Source: Deltaproteobacteria bacterium (GTDB lineage: Bacteria > Myxococcota_A > Polyangia > GCA-2747355 > JADLHG01). From it: a stretch of 64,000 nucleotides of DNA. Positions 28,488 through 37,870 of this stretch are shown in pieces. Every line of letters starts with the position of its first letter. The stretch's first letter is position 1. Where the stretch lies: positions 17,422 through 81,421 of the forward strand of contig JADLHG010000026.1 in assembly GCA_020848905.1 (NCBI GenBank), read 5' to 3'. Under the pieces are notes generated by a model. It was not told the origin of the DNA. It did not search any database and saw only the letters and a program-made list of their open reading frames with translations. A program made the translations under genes and the position numbers.

Positions 28488-30428
28488 CTATTCCTTGCCG
28501 CAGGGGCTCGCGCCGCACGCCGCCTCCACCACCCCGCCGGGGCGGAGAAACCGTTCGAGCTGCCGGTGACAGCTATCGAGCTGCCGGAGGACCCGGTGTC
28601 CCGACTGGCTATCCTCCGGGCGCGGCGCCGGAAGATTCTCCTCGGGCGGCACGGTTGGCGGCCGGGTATTCCACTGCACGTAAGCGGCGTCGAGCGGCCC
28701 CGGCTTGCTCGTCACGCCGAAGACCGGCTCTACGCTGGGCTCGAGCAGCGGCAACCCGAGGGCCCGCACCAGCGCGCGCGTGGCCAGATTCGGCACCTGA
28801 TCGTCGTCCTTGGCCTCCTGCAGCAGGATGCGCTTCGCCTTTCGCCCGGAGAGCGGCGCGGAGATCACCCGACGCGCGTAGTTGATCGGGTCGGTCCCGT
28901 CCCAGAGCGACTGCCCGAGGTGCAGGAGCACCAGCCGATCGAGGGGGTCCGGGTAGACCAGCTTCATCAAGACCGTGAAGGCCTCGAAATCCGAGCTGCG
29001 CTGGAGCATGAGCGACCACCACCCGGCCGACGCGTTGAAGACGAAGCGCTCCACCTCGGTGCTCAGCGCGGCAACCACGACCCCTTGGATCCCCCCGTTC
29101 GACACGCCGAAGTAGTACCGCTCCGCACCGTCCGTCGTGGGCGAGCCCTGGAGCGCCAGCGCCGCGTCCTTCAGGAACTCTCCCTGCACGAGCCGCCCCA
29201 GCACGTGCAGGTTGAGCTGCGCTTGGTAGAGGCGGTCGGTGACCTGCGGCAGCCGCGAGTAGTCCGTCACCACCCGCTGGGCGATCCGCCCGAGGTCAGG
29301 CTCCGAGAGCCCCACCCACGGCGTGCTGATCGCGACCATGCAGAGGCGGTCGATGAGCTTCTTGTGGTAGGGCGCCGACATCTCGAGGTCCGGCGAGGTG
29401 AAGAGCCCGTGGCCAAAGAGCAGCACCGGCAGAGGTCGCGTCGCGCGCTCCGCACAGCGGGGGAGGTGAAGGCGAAAGCCGAAGCGCTGCGCTCCGCGGT
29501 AGCTCGGCCACCCCTTCGCATCCAGCTTCAGCCAGGCTTCGGGGTCGTCGCTCGCCAGGTACGACGGGACCTCGAACTCCCCGTGCACCTCCCGCAGGAG
29601 GTGCGGCTCCGCGCTCGCCTCGTGCTCCACCGTGCGCGTCACCGTGTAGTGCGGCCCCCCGGTGGGAACACGCGCCAGTCCGTCGGCAACCATCTGCTTC
29701 AGCGGCCCGGTCACCGCCTCCTCGCTCGCGGTGTGAAAGTCCCACGCCAGCACCAGCCGCTCTCGCGCCACGCCCTGCCGCTCGAGAAAGGCGAAGACCT
29801 CCGCGAGCCGTTCCCCTTCCGCGCGCAGGGTGGGGTTGCGGGTCCCCTCGCCGTCGCGCAGGCGACGGAAGGGCTCGGGCGCCCGGAGCGCCTCTCCCGC
29901 CGCATCGCGGAGCCCCTCCTTCAGGGCGACCACGTAGCGCGCGCCGTGGCGCAGGACCTCGAGCGGCCGGACGATTAGCGCCGGCACGTAGGGTCGCTCC
30001 GCGTTCGCGTCCGTCTCGGCGAAGAGCGGCACCCGGCGCCCGGTGTCGTACTCGAGGAGCCAGATCGGGCTCTCGGCGGTCGTGGAACGCGCCGCGTCCT
30101 GCTGCCGCGGCAGACCGGTCCGACTCACCCCCGACCGGAAGTAGACGGTGACCTGCGACCCCACGCTGAAGCCGTCGAAGAGGGCGTAGCGGCTGGTATC
30201 GACGGAGGCGCCACCCTTGCTCCGCGGCAGGAGCTCCGGCGCGTAGCTCAGGCGGTATCCGGTCCGCGTGGCCGAATCCCGTCGCAGGTGAAAACTCGAG
30301 GGCCAGGGGAGGAAACAGTGGTCGAGCGTGAGCGGGTTGCAGTGCACGGGAGCGACCTGCTCCTCCACAGGCTCTGCGCCACACGCCGCCAGCCCCGCCA
30401 CCAAAACGATCCATCGTTTTAGAATCAT
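28488..30428 (-). CDS. Secreted lipoprotein, alpha/beta-hydrolase-like (GxSxG)
   Basis: Signal or lipobox MILKRWIVLVAGLAACG. GVSNGG nucleophile-elbow-like motif. Confidence 0.55.
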   Translation of the reverse strand: MILKRWIVLVAGLAACGAEPVEEQVAPVHCNPLTLDHCFLPWPSSFHLRRDSATRTGYRLSYAPELLPRSKGGASVDTSRYALFDGFSVGSQVTVYFRSGVSRTGLPRQQDAARSTTAESPIWLLEYDTGRRVPLFAETDANAERPYVPALIVRPLEVLRHGARYVVALKEGLRDAAGEALRAPEPFRRLRDGEGTRNPTLRAEGERLAEVFAFLERQGVARERLVLAWDFHTASEEAVTGPLKQMVADGLARVPTGGPHYTVTRTVEHEASAEPHLLREVHGEFEVPSYLASDDPEAWLKLDAKGWPSYRGAQRFGFRLHLPRCAERATRPLPVLLFGHGLFTSPDLEMSAPYHKKLIDRLCMVAISTPWVGLSEPDLGRIAQRVVTDYSRLPQVTDRLYQAQLNLHVLGRLVQGEFLKDAALALQGSPTTDGAERYYFGVSNGGIQGVVVAALSTEVERFVFNASAGWWSLMLQRSSDFEAFTVLMKLVYPDPLDRLVLLHLGQSLWDGTDPINYARRVISAPLSGRKAKRILLQEAKDDDQVPNLATRALVRALGLPLLEPSVEPVFGVTSKPGPLDAAYVQWNTRPPTVPPEENLPAPRPEDSQSGHRVLRQLDSCHRQLERFLRPGGVVEAACGASPCGKE

Positions 30429-30440
30429 AGTCCTAGAATA

Positions 30441-33089
30441 TCAGCTCGGCCTGCTGCCCGCCGCGTCCTCCCGGGCCCTCAGGCGCTGGCGCTGGCGCTC
30501 GCACCGCTCCTGCTCGGCGCGCCACCCCACGCGCGCCGCGCGCTGCGCCGCGGCCCGGAGCAGCCCCACGGCGGACTGCAGGTCTCCGCCATCGGCCAGC
30601 GCGGTGGCGACGCCCAGGGTCGCCGAGAGCCACGGCTCGCGGCTGCCGCGGAAGGTCTCCGGCGGCGAGGGAAGCACGCGCAGCACCCGCTGGAAGTGCT
30701 GCGCGGCCATCGCGTCGTCCAGCGCCTCCACCGCCTGCCACCCCGCCTCGAGCAGGTAGGGGATCGCCGCCTGTCCGTCGCCGGCCTCGTAGAGGTGGTA
30801 GCCCACGAAGGCGGCAGCCGCCCCTTCGTCGAGCGCGAGTTCGGCCGCCTGGCGGTGAAGCTCCTCGCGCACCGCGGCCGGCAACGAGGCGTAGGCCATC
30901 TCCCGGTGCAGCCGGTGAGAGGGCCGCCAGCCGGACCGCTCGAGCGTGAGAAAGCCCTGCTCGGCGAGGAAGGCCAGGGCCCCTTGCTCGGCCTGCACCT
31001 CGCTCACCAGCGTGGAGATGGTCTTGGGGGTCGAGGGGCGTCCCAGCACTGCCATGGCGTGGAGCTGCATGCGCGCGATAGCCGGAAGCCGCCCGATGCG
31101 CTGGTTGATCACCTCGGTGAGACTGCGTGGGAAGCGCACCGCCGCGTCGATGGCCAAGAGCCGCACGAGCTCGATGACCGTCATGGGGCTGCCACCCGAG
31201 GCCGCCGCCACGCGCCCCGCATCCCCCGCGATGCGCGCCCGGTCGAGGAGCAGCGTGGCGAGCTCGGTCGCTTCCTTCGAGCTCAGAGGCGGCACGGTCA
31301 GCGTCCGCGTCGTGTCGGGCCAGAGGAGGAGCAGCTGCGGCTCCTGCGTCACCACCACGTGCAGCGGGTGGTTGCCGGGCGTCAACGTGGCCAGCGCGGC
31401 CACCAGCTCTTGCGACGGGGCGTCGAAGCGGTCCAGGTCCCGGAAGACGAGGAGCATCGGCCGCCGCTGCGTCCCCGAGCGCTGCAGCGCCCTCCAGGCC
31501 TCCGCGCGGCGGGCGCGGCGCACGTCCGCCGGGTCCTTCGGGCGCGGCCCGAGGCCGAAGAACTCCACCAGCCCCCGGCGGTGCGCGGCCTCGAACCCGC
31601 TCGCGGTCGCTGCAGCCTCGAGCTCCCCCTCGTTCGCCGGCGGGTCCGACAGCCCGAGCAGCTGCGCCGCCGCGCGCTGAAGGGGCCCGAGCGGAGCGAA
31701 CCCGGGGAGCATGTCGGGCTCGCACCAGACCACGCCAAACCCCGCCCGCTCGGCCATCCGCGCCGCCTCACGCGCCAGCCTCCCCTTGCCCATTCCGCTG
31801 GCCCCGATGATGCGCAGGTACTGGCCCGCCGCGGGCCCGACGAAGAGCTCCCGCAGGCGGTCGAGCTCCGCCCCCAAGCCCACCATCGGCACGTCCCACC
31901 CGAGGGCGGGGCGGGGCGTGATGCTCGAGGTCGGCGCGAGGCGGATCTCCCCGGACGCGTCGTCCGAGGCCTGGAGCGCGGTGATCATCTCCGGCGGGAG
32001 GATCTCTTCGATGCTGTGCGCTCCCGACCGCAGCTCCTGACCGCACCCGCTGCACTGCCGTTCCGTGAGGCGCATCGGCCGACCGCACTCGGGGCAGGTG
32101 ACCAGCGCGCGACCCTCGTCCTCTCCCGGCTCGGGTCGCTGGCGGGCCAGCACGAGTCCCTCGAGCACCTGCCGGAACTCCGTCGCGCTCGCGAACCGAT
32201 CGGTCGGCGACTTGCGCAGAGCGCGCATCACCAGGGCGTCCAGGTACGGCGGGATCAGCGCGTCGCTCCGGACCGTGGACGGGCGCGCGGGGGTGAGGGT
32301 GACCTGGCTCAGGAGCGTGTCGGGAGCCGTCGCCCCGAGGAAGGGATTGGAGCCCGTCAGCGTCTCGTAGAGGATGACGCCCACCGAGTACAGGTCCGAG
32401 TGCAGCGTCAGCTCGTGCCCCTGGGCCTGTTCGGGGGACATGTACGCGGGCGTGCCGCACACGTGCCCGTGAGCGGTGATCCGCGCCTCGTCGGGATTCT
32501 GCCCCGCCGTGGCCATGCCGAAGTCGAGCACCTTCACGAAGTCGAGCTGGTCCGCCTGCGCGATGAGGTAGATGTTCTCGGGCTTCAGATCCCGGTGCAG
32601 CACCCCCAGGCGGTGGGAGGCCTCGAGCGCGGCGAGGAGCTGCCGCGCGATGTGAATGGCGCGACGCACGCCGAGGTAACCGACGGAGGCCAGCACCTCG
32701 GCGAGCGACTCGCCGCTCAGGTACTCCATCACGAGGTAGGTCAGCCCCGGCGTCGAGCGGAAGTCCAGAATGGAGACGATGTTCGGGTGGTCGATCTGGC
32801 TGGCCAGCCGCGCCTCGTTCTCTAGGCGGCGGCGCGCCGTGGTGTCGGCGGCCAGGCTGGGGTGCAGGATCTTCACGGCCACCGCGTGCCCGAGCCCCTC
32901 CACCTCGGCCCGATAGACGGCGCCCATCGCGCCGGTCCCAACGAGATACCGCAGCCGGTAGCGCCCGTCGAGAACCTGCCCCACCGCGGCCAGGGTATCG
33001 AAGAACGCCACCTCTCCGAGCACCGTCCCGCACTGGCTGCAGAAGCGCTGGTCGTCGGTCGTGGGCTTGCCGCAGCGGGGGCAGGTCAT
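30441..33089 (-). CDS. Serine/threonine protein kinase with an N-terminal zinc ribbon, an internal second zinc ribbon, a P-loop (STAND-type) NTPase domain and C-terminal helical repeats
   Basis: Kinase motifs GAMGAVYRA, VAVKIL, HRDLKPENIYL, DFG, SPEQ. Zinc ribbons CPRCGKP...CSQCG and CPECGRP...CSGCG. Walker A GASGMGKGRLAREA. Confidence 0.85.
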   Translation of the reverse strand: MTCPRCGKPTTDDQRFCSQCGTVLGEVAFFDTLAAVGQVLDGRYRLRYLVGTGAMGAVYRAEVEGLGHAVAVKILHPSLAADTTARRRLENEARLASQIDHPNIVSILDFRSTPGLTYLVMEYLSGESLAEVLASVGYLGVRRAIHIARQLLAALEASHRLGVLHRDLKPENIYLIAQADQLDFVKVLDFGMATAGQNPDEARITAHGHVCGTPAYMSPEQAQGHELTLHSDLYSVGVILYETLTGSNPFLGATAPDTLLSQVTLTPARPSTVRSDALIPPYLDALVMRALRKSPTDRFASATEFRQVLEGLVLARQRPEPGEDEGRALVTCPECGRPMRLTERQCSGCGQELRSGAHSIEEILPPEMITALQASDDASGEIRLAPTSSITPRPALGWDVPMVGLGAELDRLRELFVGPAAGQYLRIIGASGMGKGRLAREAARMAERAGFGVVWCEPDMLPGFAPLGPLQRAAAQLLGLSDPPANEGELEAAATASGFEAAHRRGLVEFFGLGPRPKDPADVRRARRAEAWRALQRSGTQRRPMLLVFRDLDRFDAPSQELVAALATLTPGNHPLHVVVTQEPQLLLLWPDTTRTLTVPPLSSKEATELATLLLDRARIAGDAGRVAAASGGSPMTVIELVRLLAIDAAVRFPRSLTEVINQRIGRLPAIARMQLHAMAVLGRPSTPKTISTLVSEVQAEQGALAFLAEQGFLTLERSGWRPSHRLHREMAYASLPAAVREELHRQAAELALDEGAAAAFVGYHLYEAGDGQAAIPYLLEAGWQAVEALDDAMAAQHFQRVLRVLPSPPETFRGSREPWLSATLGVATALADGGDLQSAVGLLRAAAQRAARVGWRAEQERCERQRQRLRAREDAAGSRPS

Positions 33090-33141
33090 CGAAGCCGTCC
33101 CCTACCGTGCGGCACGCGACCGACCGTTCGCCGCGGACCCA

Positions 33142-35007
33142 TCAGCACGCGATGCGGGGCAGGTGGTCTATCGGACTCCCCGTGCGCCCCTCGACGTCGG
33201 GGAGGAGCAGGAGCCCACCCCAGCAGTACATGGGGCAGCTTCGCGCGTAGGTCCCCGGCTGCGGCTCCCCTTGCCCCGTGAGGGCCGAGTAGTTCTCGTG
33301 GATGTGACCGTGTCGCTCCCATTCGCCGTCGAAGAGGGCGCGGCACTGCTCGGCGAGCTGCGACGCGAGCGCCGGGCTGCTCTGCCGCAGGCCGGCCCAG
33401 ACCAGAAAGCTCATCGGTGGCCAGATGCGACCCCGCCAGTAGTCTCCGTCGCCGTCGTAGTCCGGGGCGTTGCGCGCGAGGGACGGGAGTACCGGCGGAC
33501 GCCAGAAGGTCTCGTGCTGCGCGAGCACACGCGTCACGGTCTCCTGGGCGCGGTCCGCCGGAGCCAGCCCCGCGGCGAGCGGATAGAAGGCCGTCGGAGT
33601 GAGCGCCCCGCCGCGCCCCCAGTCGAGGCGCAGGTTGTGATACCGGCCGTCCTCTCCCCAGAGGTGCTGGTTCACCGCGGCGTGAATGCGCCGGTAGTCG
33701 GCGCGGTAGGGTTCGGGGTCCTCGCCGATGAGCTCCGCGAGTCCCGCGAGGCAGCGCGCCGAGAGCGCGCCGAGGCTCGTGAGATCCAGACAGGCCTGGC
33801 CGAGTCGCCGCCCCACCGGGTCGAACCCCAGCTCCTCCCACATCGGCGAGTCGTCGAGCCCCGACTCGTACGCGGCACCGACCCAGCCCGAGATGTGCAG
33901 CGGGTTGCCGTCGGTGACGAGGCCGTCCGCGCCGCCGTCGCTCCACGCGAGCAGCCCCTCGCCCCCGCCTCGCCGGTGCTCCATCAGCCAGCGATGTCCG
34001 CGTGCGAGCGCGGGGAAGACCTCGGCCGCGAAGTCGGCGTGGCCGTCGTAGCAGAGGTACCAGGCCGCGAGCGGCAGGAGCGGCGGCCCCGTTCGCGTCG
34101 AGCGATGCGGTCCCAACCTGAGCCCCGGCACGCGCCCGCTCTCCTCCGTGTCGGCGAGCACCGCCCGCAAAAGCCCGCGCCCGAGGGCCGGGGTCGCGCG
34201 CGCCACGAGGAGCACCGACAGCGCCACGTCCCAGGTGAACGAGAGCGGGCCGCTGGCCTGCTCCGCGCAGCCGGTGACGCGGGCCAGCATCTCGACCCAG
34301 GCCCGGTTCACGGGCAGGTAGACGTCGCGGCGCTGCTCGTCGAAACAGACGTTCCAGCGCACGGCGTGGCCCATGCGCGCCGGACCGCTCAGCTGGTCCT
34401 TGCCGTAGTAGGTCACGTACGAGGTCGCCTGGCGCAGCCGCTTCAGCGCCTTTGCCACCTGGATCGTCTCGGGCATGCGCCCCACGGCGACGAAATTCTC
34501 GCCCGGGGCGAGCCGCACCCGCCCGCCGGTGACCACCGGACCGTCGGCGAGCGCGATCGTCCTGAGCGGCGCCCCCGGCTCCCCCCCCGTGGCCTCGAGC
34601 TCGCACTCGATCCCCTCGGCGAGGCGCAAGCAGCGCGCGAGCACCAGCAGCACCCCCTGGCGCATCACCGGGTCGTCGCTTGGGCCACAGGCCAGGCTCC
34701 GCGAATCCGCCACGAGGAGCTGTAGATGCGCCTCGGGCCGGTCGAGCTCGAGCTCGTGGCAGCCGTCCTGTGTCCAGCAGCCGAGACGCAGCCCTCCCGC
34801 GAGCTCGGGCAGGTCGTGGTGTCCCAGGTGGCGGGGGGGCGCCGCGAGCGGCTGTCCGACGTTCGGGCCGAAGCGCTCCAGCGTCCGTCCGTTCCGCCGG
34901 TCGACGAGGCGCAGGACGACGCGATCTCCGGTCCGCGTATCCAGCGCCTCCGTGGTGCTACGCGGCGACCACAGCCTCCAGCCCCATTTCCAGTCGTTCT
35001 GTTCCAT
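33142..35007 (-). CDS. Six-hairpin glycoside hydrolase (GH63/GH37-like glucosidase/trehalase superfamily)
   Basis: C-terminal DYWRGRIWPPMSFLVWAGL and an overall (alpha/alpha)6-type pattern. The family assignment is tentative. Confidence 0.5.
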   Translation of the reverse strand: MEQNDWKWGWRLWSPRSTTEALDTRTGDRVVLRLVDRRNGRTLERFGPNVGQPLAAPPRHLGHHDLPELAGGLRLGCWTQDGCHELELDRPEAHLQLLVADSRSLACGPSDDPVMRQGVLLVLARCLRLAEGIECELEATGGEPGAPLRTIALADGPVVTGGRVRLAPGENFVAVGRMPETIQVAKALKRLRQATSYVTYYGKDQLSGPARMGHAVRWNVCFDEQRRDVYLPVNRAWVEMLARVTGCAEQASGPLSFTWDVALSVLLVARATPALGRGLLRAVLADTEESGRVPGLRLGPHRSTRTGPPLLPLAAWYLCYDGHADFAAEVFPALARGHRWLMEHRRGGGEGLLAWSDGGADGLVTDGNPLHISGWVGAAYESGLDDSPMWEELGFDPVGRRLGQACLDLTSLGALSARCLAGLAELIGEDPEPYRADYRRIHAAVNQHLWGEDGRYHNLRLDWGRGGALTPTAFYPLAAGLAPADRAQETVTRVLAQHETFWRPPVLPSLARNAPDYDGDGDYWRGRIWPPMSFLVWAGLRQSSPALASQLAEQCRALFDGEWERHGHIHENYSALTGQGEPQPGTYARSCPMYCWGGLLLLPDVEGRTGSPIDHLPRIAC

Positions 35008-35039
35008 CGCTCTCGTCGGCCCGAGGGACCCCGTGCGCG

Positions 35040-36386
35040 TCAGCTACCGCTGAACTGTACTCCGTCGAAGCGCAGGCTGGGAATGGCCCACGCGCTGTAA
35101 GGATAGGGGTCGTTGCCGACGGCCTCGAGCCGATGCCAGAGGGAGGTGTGCGAGTCGGTGACGTTCATCTCGTTCACCGGCCGCACGCGCTTGCCCTTCT
35201 CGACGAGGAAGCCGCTCACGCCGAAGGAGAAGTCCCCGCTCGCCGCGTTCGCGTTGCCCCCGAGGAAGCCGGTCACGAGCACGCCGCGGTCGACCCCGGC
35301 CGTGAGCGCGTCGAGGTCCAGGGTTCCCACCGGCAGGACGAGGTTGCTCGTGCTCCCCGAGGTGGGCGCCATCCCCAGCTTGCGACCGTAGTACACGTCC
35401 ACGAGGTAGGCCCGCAGCCGCCCCTGCTCGACCAGCGGAAAGCGCCGCGCGCGCAGCCCGTCCCCGTCGAAGGTGCGCGAGCCGATCCCCCGCGGCACGA
35501 GCGGATCGTCCACCAGCGTCAGCCGTTCGCCACCTATCGCCTCGCCGAGCTTCCCCTCGAAGCAGGACCGTCGCTGCTGCAGCGCCCCGCCGGCGAGCGG
35601 CTCCAGCAGCGAGCTCACGAGCCTCGCCGCGGCCCGGTTCTCCACGAGGAGCGTCATGCGCTGGCTCTCGACCTTCGTCGAGCCGATCCGCTCGAGCGCC
35701 CGTCGCGCCGCCTCCTCGCCGATCCCGCGCGGGTCGGGGAGCGCCGCCAGGTGCCGCGCGCCCGCCCAGGCGTAGTCCTCGGGGCGACGGTCTCCCTCCT
35801 CGCGGACGGTGACCTGCGCGCTCACCGCGAACCAGGTCGTGCGGTGCGTCCCGCGAAACCCGTTCGAGTGGAGCTGCAGGGCCTCGCTCGCCTGCGAGCT
35901 CACCTCTGCCACCGCCGAGACCACGCGCTCCCCCGCCGCGCGCGCCGCGTCCTCGGCGAGCACCGCCATGGCGAGGCGCTCGTCCACGCTCAGCCGGTCG
36001 TACCCCGGGTCGAAGAGGTCGAGCTCCACTCCCGGCGTCGGCCCGTAGAGCTCGGGGTCAGCCAGCCTCCGGTGCGGATCGGGGGCCAGCGTGCGCGTCA
36101 TGGCGAGGCACTCGTCGCAAAATCGGTCGAGCGCGTCGCGCTCGAGGAAGCTCGTGCTGTTCGCCGAGTAGCGCCCGTCGAGGTAGAGCGACAAGGTCAA
36201 CCCGCGGCTCGTCGAGGCCTGGAGGCTCTCGACCTTCGCCTGTCGTCGCCGCAGCTTGACGAAGCGCGCGCGCGACAGCGAGACGGCCGCTTGCGTCGCC
36301 CCCCGCTTCAGGGCGCGCTCCATCAGCTCTTCGGCCAGCTTGCTCGAGGTGGCATCGATCATCGTCCGCTCCTCATCCGACGCCAC
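35040..36386 (-). CDS. pmbA: PmbA/TldE-family metalloprotease partner protein
   Basis: TldD/PmbA family C-terminal pattern (GVLVTGFLGGNANAASGDFSFGVSGFLVEKG). Paired with tldD upstream. Confidence 0.75.
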   Translation of the reverse strand: MASDEERTMIDATSSKLAEELMERALKRGATQAAVSLSRARFVKLRRRQAKVESLQASTSRGLTLSLYLDGRYSANSTSFLERDALDRFCDECLAMTRTLAPDPHRRLADPELYGPTPGVELDLFDPGYDRLSVDERLAMAVLAEDAARAAGERVVSAVAEVSSQASEALQLHSNGFRGTHRTTWFAVSAQVTVREEGDRRPEDYAWAGARHLAALPDPRGIGEEAARRALERIGSTKVESQRMTLLVENRAAARLVSSLLEPLAGGALQQRRSCFEGKLGEAIGGERLTLVDDPLVPRGIGSRTFDGDGLRARRFPLVEQGRLRAYLVDVYYGRKLGMAPTSGSTSNLVLPVGTLDLDALTAGVDRGVLVTGFLGGNANAASGDFSFGVSGFLVEKGKRVRPVNEMNVTDSHTSLWHRLEAVGNDPYPYSAWAIPSLRFDGVQFSGS

Positions 36387-37791
36387 CGACGGTGATGGCC
36401 GAAACCTTCACCGTGGGCATGCCGAGCGACACGGGCACGCTCTGGCCGTCCTTGCCGCAGGTCCATCCTCCCTGGTCGAGCTCCAGGTCCGTACCCACCA
36501 TCACCACGTCGCGCAGCACCTGCGGTCCGTTCCCGATCAGGTTCACGTCCTTGATCGGCCGCGTGAGCTCTCCCCCTTCGATGAGGTAGCCCGATTTGAT
36601 GTAGAAGGTGAAGTCGCCGGCGCCGATCTTCACCTGGCCGTTGGTGAAGCTCTCGGCGTAGATCCCGCGCTCCACCGACCGGATGATCTCCTCGGGCGCG
36701 TGCGGCCCCGGGAGCATGTAGGTGTTCCGCATGCGCGGGAGCGGGGCGTGGCGAAAGGACTGGCGACGCCCGTTTCCCGTCGGGGCCACCCCGTAGTGCC
36801 GCGCGCTGATCCGGTCGTGCAGGAAGGTCCTGAGGACGCCCCCCTCGACCAGCACCGTGCGCTCGGTGTCGTTCCCCTCGTCGTCCACGTTGATCGACCC
36901 ACGCGCCGACGGGATCGTCCCGTCGTCCACGATCGAGACGAACGGCTCGGCGATGCGCTGGTTCACCTTGTCGCTGTAGATCGAGATCCCCTTGCGGTTG
37001 AAGTCGGCCTCCATCCCGTGGCCGATCGCCTCGTGCAGGAGGATCCCGGAGCTCCCCGCCGCGAGCACCAGGGGCATCTCGCCAGCGCGGGGCTGCACCG
37101 CCTCGAAGAGCAACAGCGTGCGCCGCACCGCCTCGGTGGCCAGCTTCTCGATCAGGTCGTCGCCGTAGAACTCGAGCCCCGCGCGGGCGCCGACGGCGTA
37201 GTGGTTCTCCTCCTTGCGCTCCCCGCGCTGCGCCACGCAGAAGACGTAGACCGTGGTCATCGGCTGCTCGTCGTACGAACGCCGCCCCTCCGAGTCCACC
37301 ACCAGCAGGCGCGTCTCGCCGTCCATCGCGCGGATGCGCACCTTCTGCACCGCGGGGTCCTCGGCGAAGGCCCGCGCGTCGATACGCTCGAGCAGTGGCA
37401 GCCGCTGCTCCGTCGCCACGCTGCCCCACGGAATCTTCGCCGGGTAGAGGTCGGGGTGCGCTCGCGCGGCGATCGCCTGCGGCGCGACGACCTGGCCGCC
37501 GTGCGCGATGGCCGAGGCCACCTTCGCCGCCTCGTGCAGGCTCGCCTCCTCGAACTCCTCGCAGAAGGCGTAGCCGGTCGCGTCCCCCGAGAGGACGCGA
37601 ATGCCCACGCCGAGGTCCTCCGTGCGAAAGGCGCGGTCCACCTTCTGGTCCTCGAGCCCAATGGTCGTGGTGGTGCGCTGCTGAAAGAAGAGGTCGCAGT
37701 AGTCGCCCCCGCGCTCGAGGGCCGTGCGCATCACGCGGTGATAGAGCCCGTCCTCGAGGCCGAAGTGGCGGGCGAAGAAGTCCTGAGACAT
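36373..37791 (-). CDS. tldD: TldD-family metalloprotease
   Basis: HEAIGHGMEADF (HExxxH). Overlaps the pmbA start by 14 nt. Confidence 0.85.
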   Translation of the reverse strand: MSQDFFARHFGLEDGLYHRVMRTALERGGDYCDLFFQQRTTTTIGLEDQKVDRAFRTEDLGVGIRVLSGDATGYAFCEEFEEASLHEAAKVASAIAHGGQVVAPQAIAARAHPDLYPAKIPWGSVATEQRLPLLERIDARAFAEDPAVQKVRIRAMDGETRLLVVDSEGRRSYDEQPMTTVYVFCVAQRGERKEENHYAVGARAGLEFYGDDLIEKLATEAVRRTLLLFEAVQPRAGEMPLVLAAGSSGILLHEAIGHGMEADFNRKGISIYSDKVNQRIAEPFVSIVDDGTIPSARGSINVDDEGNDTERTVLVEGGVLRTFLHDRISARHYGVAPTGNGRRQSFRHAPLPRMRNTYMLPGPHAPEEIIRSVERGIYAESFTNGQVKIGAGDFTFYIKSGYLIEGGELTRPIKDVNLIGNGPQVLRDVVMVGTDLELDQGGWTCGKDGQSVPVSLGMPTVKVSAITVGGVG

Positions 37792-37870
37792 CGTTCCTCC
37801 GAACTGGAGCGGCAGCTCGCCCGTAGCCTACCATCGAACGGGAGGCGCGCCGACCGTCATGGCACGACCC

